From an uncultured Nitrososphaerota archaeon (GTDB lineage Archaea > Thermoproteota > Nitrososphaeria > Nitrososphaerales > Nitrosopumilaceae), in NCBI GenBank assembly GCA_963701075.1, contig OY969559.1:1344001-1408000 (forward strand): DNA of 64,000 nucleotides, given 5' to 3'. The notes under the pieces are model-generated. The model did not search any database and was not told the DNA's origin. It was given only the letters and a program-made list of their open reading frames with translations. The position numbers and the translations under genes are program-made. Position 1 is the first letter of the stretch; every line of letters starts with the position of its first letter. Shown one piece after another: positions 38,958-49,505 of this stretch.

Positions 38958-40268
38958 CTACGGCGTAAGTCTATCAACGTCTCTTGGATAAAATGTCGTG
39001 TCCCTTATGTTTTCCGTACCTGTTAGTGCCATCATTAATCTCTCTAGTCCTATTCCACATCCGGCGTGTGGAGGAACACCATAATCGAAGACTCTGAGAT
39101 GATAATCAAATGTGTCAAGCTTGAATCCCTTGTTCTTCATCCTTTCTTCAAGTTCATCCCTTTTCTCAATTCTTGTACTTCCAGATGATAATTCAAGATC
39201 TCCAAACATTAGATCAAATGACTCGGAAACTTTTGGGTTATCCTTTTTTGCCTTGACATAAAATGGCTTGGGGGCAAGTGGCCAATCTTTGATAAAGTAA
39301 AATCCAGTAACGTTTATCTTTTTTAGTTGCGATGGATAAAGATCATCACCCCATTCTATTTTTACTCCTGCATTTTTCATTTTATCGACTAGTTCAGAGT
39401 AGGAATACTGAGGTATGACATTAGGAACCTCGGGTATCTGATATTCAAGTCCTTGAAGCGTTTTTGCATAATCTTTTACTGTATTAATTGATTTTGTAAT
39501 GATGTTTTCAATATGCTTCATTATATCATTATAGTCCACAAATGCCTCTTCAAGGTCTATTGAGATTGCCTCTGACAGGTGTCTGTTAGTTCTAGATGGT
39601 TCTGCTCTAAAGATTGGTGCGATCTCAAATACTTTTTCAAAGCTCAATGTTAGCTGTTCTTTGTAAAGCTGTGGGCTCTGGGCAAGAAATGCTTCCTTGT
39701 TGTAATAAAATATGGGAAAAAGCGCTGCCCCTCCCTCGGTAGCTGTGGCAATCATTTTTGGGGTATTTATTTCAAGGAATTTTTTTTCGTAAAGATATTC
39801 CCGGATAGATTTGAGAACAAGGTTCCTCATCTTGAACACGTGTTGCAGAACACTTCGTCGCAAGTCTATTGCACGTATCTCAAGTCTTGTATCAATATTT
39901 GCAACAGTTTTGGTCTGCCAAGTAAATGGTGCAATCTTTTCAACACTGGAAAAAATCTTCATTTCAGAAGGAATTATTTCAGCTCCATGTGGTGCTTTGT
40001 TTGATGGTTTTATTGTTCCCTTGATTGCGATTGTAGATTGCTCTTTTATTTTTACAAGTGCGTCTCTTATCTCTTCTGGACATGCACCGGCCTTTGCCGT
40101 AATTTGCATCTCTCCTTCGCTATCATTTAGCATAACAAATATCAGATTTCCATGGTCTCGTACACTTGAGACCCACCCCATGACTGTTACATCTTTCCCA
40201 TCAAGAGATGGATCAATATCATTAGAGTAAACAGTTCTTCGCCAATCTCCCAGTTCTGTATCTATCAT
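38958..40268 (-). CDS. aspS: aspartyl-tRNA synthetase (likely non-discriminating)
   Basis: TEGGA, LAQSPQLYK, FRAE, GIGLER; operon with gatCAB; start 40268 or 40277. Confidence 0.94.
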   Translation of the reverse strand: MIDTELGDWRRTVYSNDIDPSLDGKDVTVMGWVSSVRDHGNLIFVMLNDSEGEMQITAKAGACPEEIRDALVKIKEQSTIAIKGTIKPSNKAPHGAEIIPSEMKIFSSVEKIAPFTWQTKTVANIDTRLEIRAIDLRRSVLQHVFKMRNLVLKSIREYLYEKKFLEINTPKMIATATEGGAALFPIFYYNKEAFLAQSPQLYKEQLTLSFEKVFEIAPIFRAEPSRTNRHLSEAISIDLEEAFVDYNDIMKHIENIITKSINTVKDYAKTLQGLEYQIPEVPNVIPQYSYSELVDKMKNAGVKIEWGDDLYPSQLKKINVTGFYFIKDWPLAPKPFYVKAKKDNPKVSESFDLMFGDLELSSGSTRIEKRDELEERMKNKGFKLDTFDYHLRVFDYGVPPHAGCGIGLERLMMALTGTENIRDTTFYPRDVDRLTP

Positions 40269-40636
40269 CCTTTTCATCAGATGTGCTCTCATTAGTGTTA
40301 ATTTATGTATCGTACATGAGAAATTTCCAAGTTTCATTAAATTTTATAAAATACACAAAAAAACGAACAAAATCAGACTGATCCTATTATCAGGGTTTTA
40401 ATCAAAATTGAAATGTGCGGGTATTTTTACATCATGAATGCGTATCATCTATATCACAATATGTCAATATATACAAATTTTCATAAAATTTCAAATAAAT
40501 GATACAATTATTTCCATAAAAAGGGTAAATTCACCAAAAAGTTATAATACATAGTATTATTCACCATATATGGATAATATGCATTTGTTTTTGGCACGTG
40601 TACGATACCTGTTTGGTTCAAGGGGTTGGGAGTCAA

Positions 40637-40759
40637 TTGTTATCTGAAAACCAATCCAGCAAAAAGCAGAGCAGTTTTAGAATCAATTCATGGTTTTCAT
40701 TACTTACTTTTTTAATAAAATCTAGAACCATAGCGTATGATTTCGGGGTTGCTAAATAA
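40637..40759 (+). CDS. 40-aa micro-ORF coupled to the UbiA-family gene (TAATG overlap), possibly a gene remnant
   Basis: GGGAG SD before TTG; MLSENQSSKKQSSFRINSWFSLLTFLIKSRTIAYDFGVAK. Confidence 0.4.
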   Translation: MLSENQSSKKQSSFRINSWFSLLTFLIKSRTIAYDFGVAK

Positions 40760-41706
40760 TGACAGTACAGCCCGACATAGAAATTGACAAAGAACAAAAA
40801 ATACGCGGTTTTACAGATCATGCTAAAAAAGATCTTTGGCTAACCTCAAAAAAGAAAATTCACTCATTGTTCTTACTTCTAAAGTATCGAATTAGAATCG
40901 GTTTTGTGTTTACTACCAGTACAATTACAGGATTGCTTATTGCAACTAACTTTCATCCTCAATTAGTTCAACTTTTTACGGTACCTTTGATAACTTTGTT
41001 TGCAACTTTGGCAGTATATTGGATGAATGATATAACAGATATTAAGCTTGATAAGATCAATGCAGCCAACAGACCTCTTGCTGGAGGCATGGTTAAGAAG
41101 TCTGAAGCAATAGTTTTTCTTACTTTACTATCACTGACGGCACTCGGATTAGCTTATTCCGTTAACAATATCACTCTATTATTCGCCGCCGTTTATCTGA
41201 TAATAGGAATATTATATTCATCACCAAGGATAGCGTTGAAAGATAGATTTGTTCTCAAAACTCTCTCCATTGCAATTGGCGGTTTTACTACTACGTTGAT
41301 AGGAGCTAGTATTAATGGAACACTCGATGGAAAAGATTTTGTTTCTGCAATATCATTCATGATGTTACTTTTTGTAACATCCCCCATAAATGATCTAGGA
41401 GATTATATAGGCGACAAAGAATGTGGTAGAAGAACCATACCAATAGTAATTGGTAAGAAAAAAACAATTTTCATATCTATTGCAATACCATTTTTTATGA
41501 TGATGACTTTTTGGTTTTTCTATCCTAGCTTAGGATTTAGTGTAAAAGCTCCAATTGCTATGACAGTACTAGCAATTACATCATTCTTAGTATTCCGACC
41601 CATGCTTTCGCATCTAAATGATTACAAATACATCAAGTCCAGACACAAAAAATCATTATTACTATACTACGGATTACAAGCATCTTTGCTTATCGGAGCC
41701 CTCTGA
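40759..41706 (+). CDS. UbiA-family prenyltransferase
   Basis: NDITDIKLD...RPL, YSSP..LK, NDLGDYIGD...RTIP. Confidence 0.9.
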   Translation: MTVQPDIEIDKEQKIRGFTDHAKKDLWLTSKKKIHSLFLLLKYRIRIGFVFTTSTITGLLIATNFHPQLVQLFTVPLITLFATLAVYWMNDITDIKLDKINAANRPLAGGMVKKSEAIVFLTLLSLTALGLAYSVNNITLLFAAVYLIIGILYSSPRIALKDRFVLKTLSIAIGGFTTTLIGASINGTLDGKDFVSAISFMMLLFVTSPINDLGDYIGDKECGRRTIPIVIGKKKTIFISIAIPFFMMMTFWFFYPSLGFSVKAPIAMTVLAITSFLVFRPMLSHLNDYKYIKSRHKKSLLLYYGLQASLLIGAL

Positions 41707-41778
41707 GAAAAATACTTTCTAATTCTTAGTTTTTGGGGGTTTTTATTTATTCGTAAAATTCCTACAATTTACAAATAA

Positions 41779-42750
41779 TTACTGAACGCGCTGGACTTTT
41801 GGCGGTGTAGCTGAGGCGCTTATCCACATTTTATCAAATTCATCTTTTAGTTGGGTCGAGAGTTTTTCACCTATTCCGAATAGTGCCATTTTGAATTTCT
41901 CGGGTTCACAATTATTTATGATTTCTAATCCTACATATTTACCATCAATTATGAGCATACAATATGGTACCTTCAGATATTTTCGGTCTATTTTTGAAGG
42001 ATAGAAAGGATTTGCCACGACGTTAATTCGTTCTTTTTTGTTTTTGTCATCAATTTTCATCTTATCTTTCTCAGATTCAAAATAATCTGCAACTAAGTTT
42101 ATGTCAGAGATAACTTTGGTGTGAATACCCATTGCAGTTTTTTTCAATATTGCGTTAATAATACGTTCATCTTGAAATCTACTTGCCAAGAGTATCCCAG
42201 TTTCTGCAAAGTCAACTAGCTCTAAAACTTTTCTTACCATAGAATCATAAGTAGACGTTAACTCAAAGCGATTTTTAACTACATCAAGATTTTCATATAT
42301 GTTTGATTCAGGATTTATTTTTGAAACAAAATTAGAAATTTCTTCAGGTTTAAATTTTGAAGTTCGCTTCAAGAGATCAATCATTTCCAGTTCTTTTGAA
42401 ATCTTCATATTGTTTAAAAGACCAACAACGTGTTTTTCGTAAACGAGGTTTCCTAGGGCAGTATGCTCATACTTATTTTCACGTTTGCCCAATAATCCAA
42501 ATTCCACCAGTTGTTTCAGTCTTGTATAATATTGCTTCTTTGTTAATCCTATTTTTTGAGGGGTATCAAGTTCTGATGCCAATCCATTCTTTGCGGTCAA
42601 AAAAATGGTTAACGCGTCTTCTTTAGAAAGAATCGATAGAACATTAACTAGATTAGTTGCAAGCTTAGGATCTTTTTCAACATGCAAAAGTTTACCCAAA
42701 TCAAAAGAATCTTCATGTGATTTAGCGTATGATGACTCTTGCTTCACCAT
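41779..42750 (-). CDS. wHTH transcriptional regulator with TrmB/PLD-like C-terminal domain
   Basis: GLTKKQYYTRLKQLVEFGLL wHTH; MLIIDGKYV...FDKMW. Confidence 0.7.
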   Translation of the reverse strand: MVKQESSYAKSHEDSFDLGKLLHVEKDPKLATNLVNVLSILSKEDALTIFLTAKNGLASELDTPQKIGLTKKQYYTRLKQLVEFGLLGKRENKYEHTALGNLVYEKHVVGLLNNMKISKELEMIDLLKRTSKFKPEEISNFVSKINPESNIYENLDVVKNRFELTSTYDSMVRKVLELVDFAETGILLASRFQDERIINAILKKTAMGIHTKVISDINLVADYFESEKDKMKIDDKNKKERINVVANPFYPSKIDRKYLKVPYCMLIIDGKYVGLEIINNCEPEKFKMALFGIGEKLSTQLKDEFDKMWISASATPPKVQRVQ

Positions 42751-42996
42751 GTAGTCACTACTAAGCGGGTACTATTACTTATATGTTACCTAGATAGAGA
42801 CAGTAACCTGTGGTATTCTCCATTTTAGGCTATAATTTTATCAGAGTTAAAGATAACTGCAATACCTCAAAAGATCAGATAGTCAATTTAATGAAATTTT
42901 GAATGAATTCACAATCGTAAATTAATAGAACTCCAGTAATAAGCGAACCAGGTAGAGATTAGAGTGATCAATTAACACAAAATTCAAATTGAAAAC

Positions 42997-43227
42997 ATGA
43001 GTTTGTACAACATGTCTTTAACAAATAGAGAGAAAATAGGAATTTTGATCTCACAAGCAATAACTCTCTATTCTACCAGATTGCAAGAAAATAAAATTTC
43101 AGAACATCAATCAGTAATTGATTTCATATTAAAAAATATACCTGAACAGTACAAATCAGAATTAACTATCGATTTAATAGATGCTGTCTTTGCATTTGTT
43201 TCAAATAACAACATGGAACTTTCATAA
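42997..43227 (+). CDS. small hypothetical protein
   Basis: Co-oriented 29 bp before purP. Confidence 0.65.
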   Translation: MSLYNMSLTNREKIGILISQAITLYSTRLQENKISEHQSVIDFILKNIPEQYKSELTIDLIDAVFAFVSNNNMELS

Positions 43228-43256
43228 GGCCCTCTAATCATATAGAAGATACAAGC

Positions 43257-44282
43257 ATGGTATCAATAGTTACGCTCGGTTCCCATTGTGCATTACAAGT
43301 GTTAAAAGGCGCAAAGGATGAAGGATTCAGAACTCTTTTAATTTGTGAAAAAAAACGCGAGAGGCTTTATCGTCGTTTTACATTCATCGATGAATTGATA
43401 CTTGTTGACTCTTTTAGTGAGATTTTGGAGCAACGCTGTATTACAAAACTGAAAGAACAGGAATCAATTGTCATACCGCATGGGACTTTGATTTCCCAAA
43501 TATCATCATCCGAAATAGAATCAATCAAAGTACCAATTTTTGGAAATAAGTGGATCCTAAGATGGGAATCTGATAGAAACATGAAAGAGCGAATGATGCA
43601 GGAATCAAAACTGCGTATGCCAAAATCTGTGTCAAGCTACAAGGAGATTAACGGCTTAGTCATTGCTAAAAGACATGGAGCAGCTGGCGGCAAAGGATAT
43701 TTTTTAACTTCAAGTGCAGAAGGTTACAAGAAAGAAAGAGACAAGCTTATTGCCCAAGGGCTTATCAAAGGCGATGATGATTTGTACCTGCAAGAATATG
43801 CGTTTGGAGTATCAGCATACCTGCAGTATTTCTATTCGCCAATAGGCGAGGATTTAGAATTCTTCGGTGTCGATAGACGATATGAATCTGACATAGATGG
43901 ACTTGGGCGAATTCCGGCACAACAACAAATGAGTGTTGATAAAATATCTTCGTTTAACGTGATTGGAAATAGTCCATTGGTTTTAAGAGAATCACTCTTG
44001 GATGAAGTTTACACTATGGGTGAGAAATTTGTCGAAGCAGCAAATCGTCTGGTTCCACCAGGTATGAATGGACCATTTTGTTTGGAGGGAGTTTACGATG
44101 AAAATGGCCAATTTACCTCCTTTGAGTTTTCTGCAAGAATAGTTGCAGGTACGAACCTTTACGTCGATGGTTCTCCTTATTCAGCATTTATCCACAATGA
44201 ACCAATGAGCATGGGACGGAGAATAGCGCGTGAGATCAAGATTGGAAAGGAAAAAGGCCAATTATCTAAAATAGTGACTTGA
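43257..44282 (+). CDS. purP: ATP-grasp formate-dependent AICAR transformylase
   Basis: TLGSHCALQVLKGAKDEGF, GGKGYF, FEFSARIVAGTN. Confidence 0.92.
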   Translation: MVSIVTLGSHCALQVLKGAKDEGFRTLLICEKKRERLYRRFTFIDELILVDSFSEILEQRCITKLKEQESIVIPHGTLISQISSSEIESIKVPIFGNKWILRWESDRNMKERMMQESKLRMPKSVSSYKEINGLVIAKRHGAAGGKGYFLTSSAEGYKKERDKLIAQGLIKGDDDLYLQEYAFGVSAYLQYFYSPIGEDLEFFGVDRRYESDIDGLGRIPAQQQMSVDKISSFNVIGNSPLVLRESLLDEVYTMGEKFVEAANRLVPPGMNGPFCLEGVYDENGQFTSFEFSARIVAGTNLYVDGSPYSAFIHNEPMSMGRRIAREIKIGKEKGQLSKIVT

Positions 44283-44357
44283 TAATTTTTCCAAGACATG
44301 AGATTTGTATCACTATTTTTCAAGCAAATTTAGCAGACAGGTGATGAAGAGATAAGA

Positions 44358-45728
44358 TTAACCCATTGTTAATGTTCCATCATAATACTTTACTACTATG
44401 CTGTACGATTTGTCATTATATATGATTGTAAATGATTTGTCTCGTGGAGCATTATCCAATATAACTATGTCAGCTATTCCACCGTCATCATAATCGCTAA
44501 AGATACCAGAGTTTGGAGTAAGTTCACACAGTGTGATCGGAACTGAAAACCCGCTAATTGATTGTGTACGCATGAGTCCATTATTATCCTCAAATAATGT
44601 TTGAATTCCATTACTCTGTAGCCTTGCGACGACTACTCCTTGTGGAGCTACATTCTGTGTTAACGCACCATTATGATTGAACATGAATGTAGTCAAATTC
44701 CCAATAAGATTTTGCATTGCAGGTGTGCCATCTGCGTCTGGCTTGCCAGTTCTGTCAAAGGCCATGTAATATAACGTGTTATTTGTTGGAGAAGTCCCCC
44801 ATGTCCACGAATCTTCCGAGGTTGGATCAATGTTAAGCTGTGGATCAAGCAAGTCGCCCTGAACTTGTGCGTTCGGTGGAAAACCAGTTCTATCTGCAAA
44901 TACACGAATTAGGTTAGACGGAATTCTGTCAAAAATTAAGTTGACTATTTGATCTCCTCCTGCATTTTGATAATCAACTGTTACTGGAGTTGGAAATGCT
45001 GAAAAATCATATAGTTGAATTACCGGCCAGACATTTTCCTCTACAGCATTAGCTGCAAAACCATCTACATTTGTGTTAAGAGTTTCATTTTCTCTTATCA
45101 CATGCTCCATTTGGTTTGTAGTAAGTACTCCTGGTATGTTTGTGCATGCCTGAAGATTTGATGGACTAATTTTAGCTCCACCGTTGTTAGTATCATTGAT
45201 TGAACCAAATCCCCCTCTAGCAATCGTAAATCCTACAGTCTCCGAGTAGTCAAGACCAGATTTTGGCGAAAATGAGCTATCCGGTCCACAGAAACCGCCA
45301 AAATTCAACCCTTTACCGGTGAGCACAGCAGTGTTAGCAGCGGCAATTGCTTGATTTCTATCAGCAAAGTACCCATACCAATTACCGTCGGTACCCTGTT
45401 CCATTCTTAGTCTTTTACCGTTGACAGTTACTACTGGTTCACCATAAACTTGATTCAATTGGTTCATGTTTGGATCAGACACTACGACCTCTATCACCAT
45501 AGGTCCAGCAAAATAATTCGTCGTCAAAGAGTTTTCGGCAGATACATACAGATTTGGATTAGATGACACATGCTGTACCGGCTCGTATTGCGGAAGCAGT
45601 CCATCCATTGCTTTTACAGGATTTATTGCAGACGGTAAAAGGACAATGCTTGATATGAGAATTAGAATCAAAAGCAGTGAAGAGGTCTGCCGAATATTTG
45701 ATACAAAGTCAAATCGTTGAAATTTCAT
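44358..45728 (-). CDS. secreted protein resembling the N-terminal part of the thaumarchaeal S-layer protein family
   Basis: Signal peptide; NLYVSAENS..FAGPMVIEVVV, DPQLNIDPTSEDSWTW, PNSGIF. Confidence 0.7.
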   Translation of the reverse strand: MKFQRFDFVSNIRQTSSLLLILILISSIVLLPSAINPVKAMDGLLPQYEPVQHVSSNPNLYVSAENSLTTNYFAGPMVIEVVVSDPNMNQLNQVYGEPVVTVNGKRLRMEQGTDGNWYGYFADRNQAIAAANTAVLTGKGLNFGGFCGPDSSFSPKSGLDYSETVGFTIARGGFGSINDTNNGGAKISPSNLQACTNIPGVLTTNQMEHVIRENETLNTNVDGFAANAVEENVWPVIQLYDFSAFPTPVTVDYQNAGGDQIVNLIFDRIPSNLIRVFADRTGFPPNAQVQGDLLDPQLNIDPTSEDSWTWGTSPTNNTLYYMAFDRTGKPDADGTPAMQNLIGNLTTFMFNHNGALTQNVAPQGVVVARLQSNGIQTLFEDNNGLMRTQSISGFSVPITLCELTPNSGIFSDYDDGGIADIVILDNAPRDKSFTIIYNDKSYSIVVKYYDGTLTMG

Positions 45729-45948
45729 ATAAAAACGTGAATTTGTCCGGTATATAAAAATAAAAATCATTTTTATACGTATTTTGTGTTTTAAATTAGA
45801 AGATCGAGATGAGTCGGATCGATAAACTGAATTAATTACGAAATACGGATGATCAAAAATAACTTTATTTAAACAACAAACTTGTTCTAAGAACTTGGAA
45901 TACCTTACATTTGGTTTAAATAGTTAGGCCGACCTAATCCAAAAAATA

Positions 45949-46287
45949 TTGAAGAAAAAAATGTCATTTTCACAATTGAAAAAATATGATATAAACCAAA
46001 AAGTTTTGGAAGCTTTAGCTGATGCACAATCTAGGACAATATTATTTTCAATTATAAAAGAAGGAAAGACGGCAACAGAACTATCTGAAAAATACCGCAT
46101 TCCGTTAAGCTCCGTATACAAGAAAATCACAGATTTGGAAGAGATTGCTCTTGTTAGGGTTGAAAAATGGGAAATGTCAGACGGTGGAAAAAGATTCAAA
46201 GTGTACAAGAGTCGAATTAGCAAAGCAGAAATTAGCATCAAAAAACCAGAGCCATCAATTGCTCTGACTCCAAATCAAGATACATAG
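45949..46287 (+). CDS. ArsR-like winged-helix regulator
   Basis: LEALADAQSRTIL, IPLSSVYKKI. Confidence 0.85.
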   Translation: MKKKMSFSQLKKYDINQKVLEALADAQSRTILFSIIKEGKTATELSEKYRIPLSSVYKKITDLEEIALVRVEKWEMSDGGKRFKVYKSRISKAEISIKKPEPSIALTPNQDT

Positions 46288-46448
46288 AGATTTTTTGTTC
46301 ATATGAAATGACATCTTCAAAAAATATTTGACAAACCACTAAATTATGTGTTGTAACTAGTCATATTTGCACTCGGTACTAGAAAGCAAAAATAGCATTT
46401 AGACGAATTCTGACAAATCCTAATATTGGCATAAAATCCAGCGAAAAC

Positions 46449-47150
46449 ATGAAAAAATACTATATTGTCATTCCATTAGCGGTTGCAATTGTTGCAGTAT
46501 CTGTTTATCTATTTCATCCGCATGAAAATGCTTTCAATACATCATCATCTCAGACATTGATTGAAAATCAGTCAATCCAGCAACAATCAAACTCATCCAA
46601 TACACTATCAGTTCAAACATTGATTGAAAATGGCTCTCCTATGCTAGGTGATCCTAATGCAAAGATTACCATCGTAGAGTGGGGTGATTACCAATGTACC
46701 TATTGTCACCTATTTCATCAAAACACCAAAGATCAGATAATTCAAGAATATGTCAATACTGGAAAAGTGAATTTTGTGTTTCGAGACTTTCCATTAAATG
46801 GACCTGATTCCGTACTAGCTGCAGAAGCAGCATATTGTGCTGGCGACCAGGACGAGTACTGGCAGTATCACGATGAGTTATACAACAATTGGGGCGGGGA
46901 AAGAACTGGATGGGTCAACCAAAAATCACTTGATCAGTTTGCAACAAATGTCGGCCTTGATTTGAATCAGTTTGACAAATGTATGAGTGACAAAAAATAT
47001 GAAAACAAGGTACTTGCGAACCAACAATTTGGTCAGGAGATCGGCATTGACGGAACGCCATCATTTATCATATTCAATGACAAAACGATTACAAAAATAG
47101 TAGGGGCACAACCCTTTTCTGTTTTCAAGCAAGTGCTTGACAACATCTAA
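46449..47150 (+). CDS. membrane-anchored DsbA-family oxidoreductase
   Basis: N-terminal TM, DYQCTYC, GTP. Confidence 0.9.
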   Translation: MKKYYIVIPLAVAIVAVSVYLFHPHENAFNTSSSQTLIENQSIQQQSNSSNTLSVQTLIENGSPMLGDPNAKITIVEWGDYQCTYCHLFHQNTKDQIIQEYVNTGKVNFVFRDFPLNGPDSVLAAEAAYCAGDQDEYWQYHDELYNNWGGERTGWVNQKSLDQFATNVGLDLNQFDKCMSDKKYENKVLANQQFGQEIGIDGTPSFIIFNDKTITKIVGAQPFSVFKQVLDNI

Positions 47151-47171
47151 CCTAATCTAGGGAGTATTATA

Positions 47172-48447
47172 ATGGTCAAGCCAAAAATCGAAAAACAAGA
47201 TTCTGTAAAATTATATCGCCTGCGAAAGATGTTAGAAGAGCTTATCTGATAAAAGCGGGCACGGAACAGAACTAATTACGCTTTATGCACCACCAAAAAA
47301 AGCTCTCCATGAAATCATAAACGGGCTAAGAGAAGAGCAAGGAACCGCAGACAACATAAAGTCAGATCTCACTCGTACCCATGTTGTTGATGCATTGTCA
47401 AGAGTAATCCAGCGGTTGAAACTATACAAAAAAACTCCAGATAACGGTCTTGTTATGTTCTGTGGCGCGTTGCCTCCCGAAGGTGGCGGCCCAATTGGAA
47501 GCGAAGTGATAAAAATGTACGAGATAGAACCGCCAAAAGAACTCCAGACATTTCTCTACAGATGTGATGATCATTTTCATGTTGATATTCTAAAAGACAT
47601 GCTCAGAGAAGAAAACATGATAGGATTTCTTGCAATTGATGCAAAAGATGCAGGATGGGGTCTTTTACGCGGAGACAGACTCGATGTGTTGTCTGAAACA
47701 TCATCAGGGGTTGCAGGCAAACACAGACAGGGCGGTCAGTCTGCAAGAAGATTTGAAAGACTAAGAGAGATGGAGCTTAACGATTACTACAACAGAGTTG
47801 CGCACACGACAAAGGAATATTTCATCGACATCTATCCAATAAAGGGTCTTATCATCTCAGGACCTGGCCCCACTAAAGAAAATTTCATAAAAGAAGAATA
47901 TTTAGAATACAGACTTCAGAACATGATCACTGCCACTCTGGACACTTCATACGCTGGTGCCGAAGGTGTCAGGGAGGCTTTTTCAAGGGCACAGGATGTA
48001 CTTACCGATTTTAGGATGGTTGAAGAGAAGAGGTTGGTAGAGAAGTTATTCTATGACATACACAACACAAAAGGCCTTGCTACTTATGGGTTAAATGAGG
48101 TAATAGACCTGCTCAAAAGAAATGTAGTAGACATGATACTAATAACTGATGATACCAACTTGCGCAAGATTGACATCACATGCAAAAGATGCCAACACGT
48201 ACAGTCAGAAATCCTAGAAAGACCAAAGGTGATTCCAAAAATACAGGAACTTTTAAGCAAACCATGCCCCAGCTGCAAGAGCATGGATTTAGAATCATCA
48301 GAAAGAGATATTGTAGATTATCTGTCTTTGCTTTCTAACGAAGCAGGAACAAAAATAGAGGTGATATCTGGCACTACAGAACATGGGGCAATGTTGTCAA
48401 GCATAGGAAAGATAGGCGCATTTTTGAGATATAATCCAAACCAATAA
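47172..48447 (+). CDS. prf1: peptide chain release factor aRF1, interrupted by a +1 frameshift at ~47243
   Basis: ATG 47172 frame stops at codon 26; the +1 frame carries GHGTELITLY, NIKS, YRCDDHF, GGQS. Confidence 0.93.
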
Positions 48448-48500
48448 TTCAAATTATAAAATTCGGTAACTCTAAATAATTTATATTTTCAATTCCAAAC

Positions 48501-48821
48501 ATGGAACATGTAACACCAGATGAATTTGATTCAAAGGTATTGAACAATGACAAAAAGACGCTTGTTCTTTTTTATGCCAGTTGGTGTCCTTATTGTGCAA
48601 ATTTCAAGCCTCTCTTTGAAAGCATGAATGTAAGCAATGTTGAAAAAGTTGGAGCTCTGGTAGACGAAGATGAAAATCCACTTTGGGACAGATTTAACAT
48701 TCAGGCAGTTCCCACAATGATTGCTTTTGAAAAAGGAAAGATAATTGATAGAAAAGATGCAAAAAAACATGTAGGTCTAACTAAAGCAGATATGGAATCA
48801 ATCATAACGAAATTAGTCTAA
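48501..48821 (+). CDS. thioredoxin
   Basis: FYASWCPYC, VPT. Confidence 0.9.
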   Translation: MEHVTPDEFDSKVLNNDKKTLVLFYASWCPYCANFKPLFESMNVSNVEKVGALVDEDENPLWDRFNIQAVPTMIAFEKGKIIDRKDAKKHVGLTKADMESIITKLV

Positions 48822-49226
48822 TTTTATAAAATTTTTAATTTTATTAGATAATTTTTCTAGCTCTTCATCATTTGCAATCATTCTTCGTTTCCACGGGTTG
48901 CTCATTGTCTCATATCTTGGTATGACATGTACATGAACATGTGGGATTATCTGATTTGCAGCCCTGCCATTATTTTGACCAATGTTAAATCCGTCTGCTC
49001 CTGTTGCTTTCAATATAGCTTTTGCCACCCGTGGAACTTTAGCAAATAAAGACGATACATCTTCTGTTGACATGTCGATTATTTTTTCATGATGTTCTCT
49101 TGGGATTACAAGTGAGTGACCAAGATGGATTGGATACTTGTCCATTATGGCAATATGCGTTTTGTCTTCATAGATAAGATATGCATTTTGTTTTCCGGCA
49201 ATTATATCACAGAAAATGCAGTTCAT
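48813..49226 (-). CDS. HIT family hydrolase
   Basis: CIFC, HVHVHVIPR. Confidence 0.93.
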   Translation of the reverse strand: MNCIFCDIIAGKQNAYLIYEDKTHIAIMDKYPIHLGHSLVIPREHHEKIIDMSTEDVSSLFAKVPRVAKAILKATGADGFNIGQNNGRAANQIIPHVHVHVIPRYETMSNPWKRRMIANDEELEKLSNKIKNFIKLD

Positions 49227-49505
49227 GAGATTCTCCGTCCTTTATTTTATTTATAGTATAGGACTACGTCAGCAAAGATTTTGTGAAGATGCCGAATCTG
49301 CATTGTATCATGGTACAAGATTCATGGGGCTGAATTTATCGATATTAGATACGCAAAAACGTGTCAGTTAATGAGTCATACACATGTTTGATTTTAGTGA
49401 TGTTTTGACGGATTTTTATAATTTAGGCATAAGACATGTATTCAAAGCCAAACAAGCTGTAGACTATAGAAAACGCTTATGTATACGAGGCATCAACACT
49501 CGATA

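Noticed and set aside
35818-40268. aspS-gatCAB cluster as a novelty
   Set aside because: Well-known tRNA-dependent Asn pathway.
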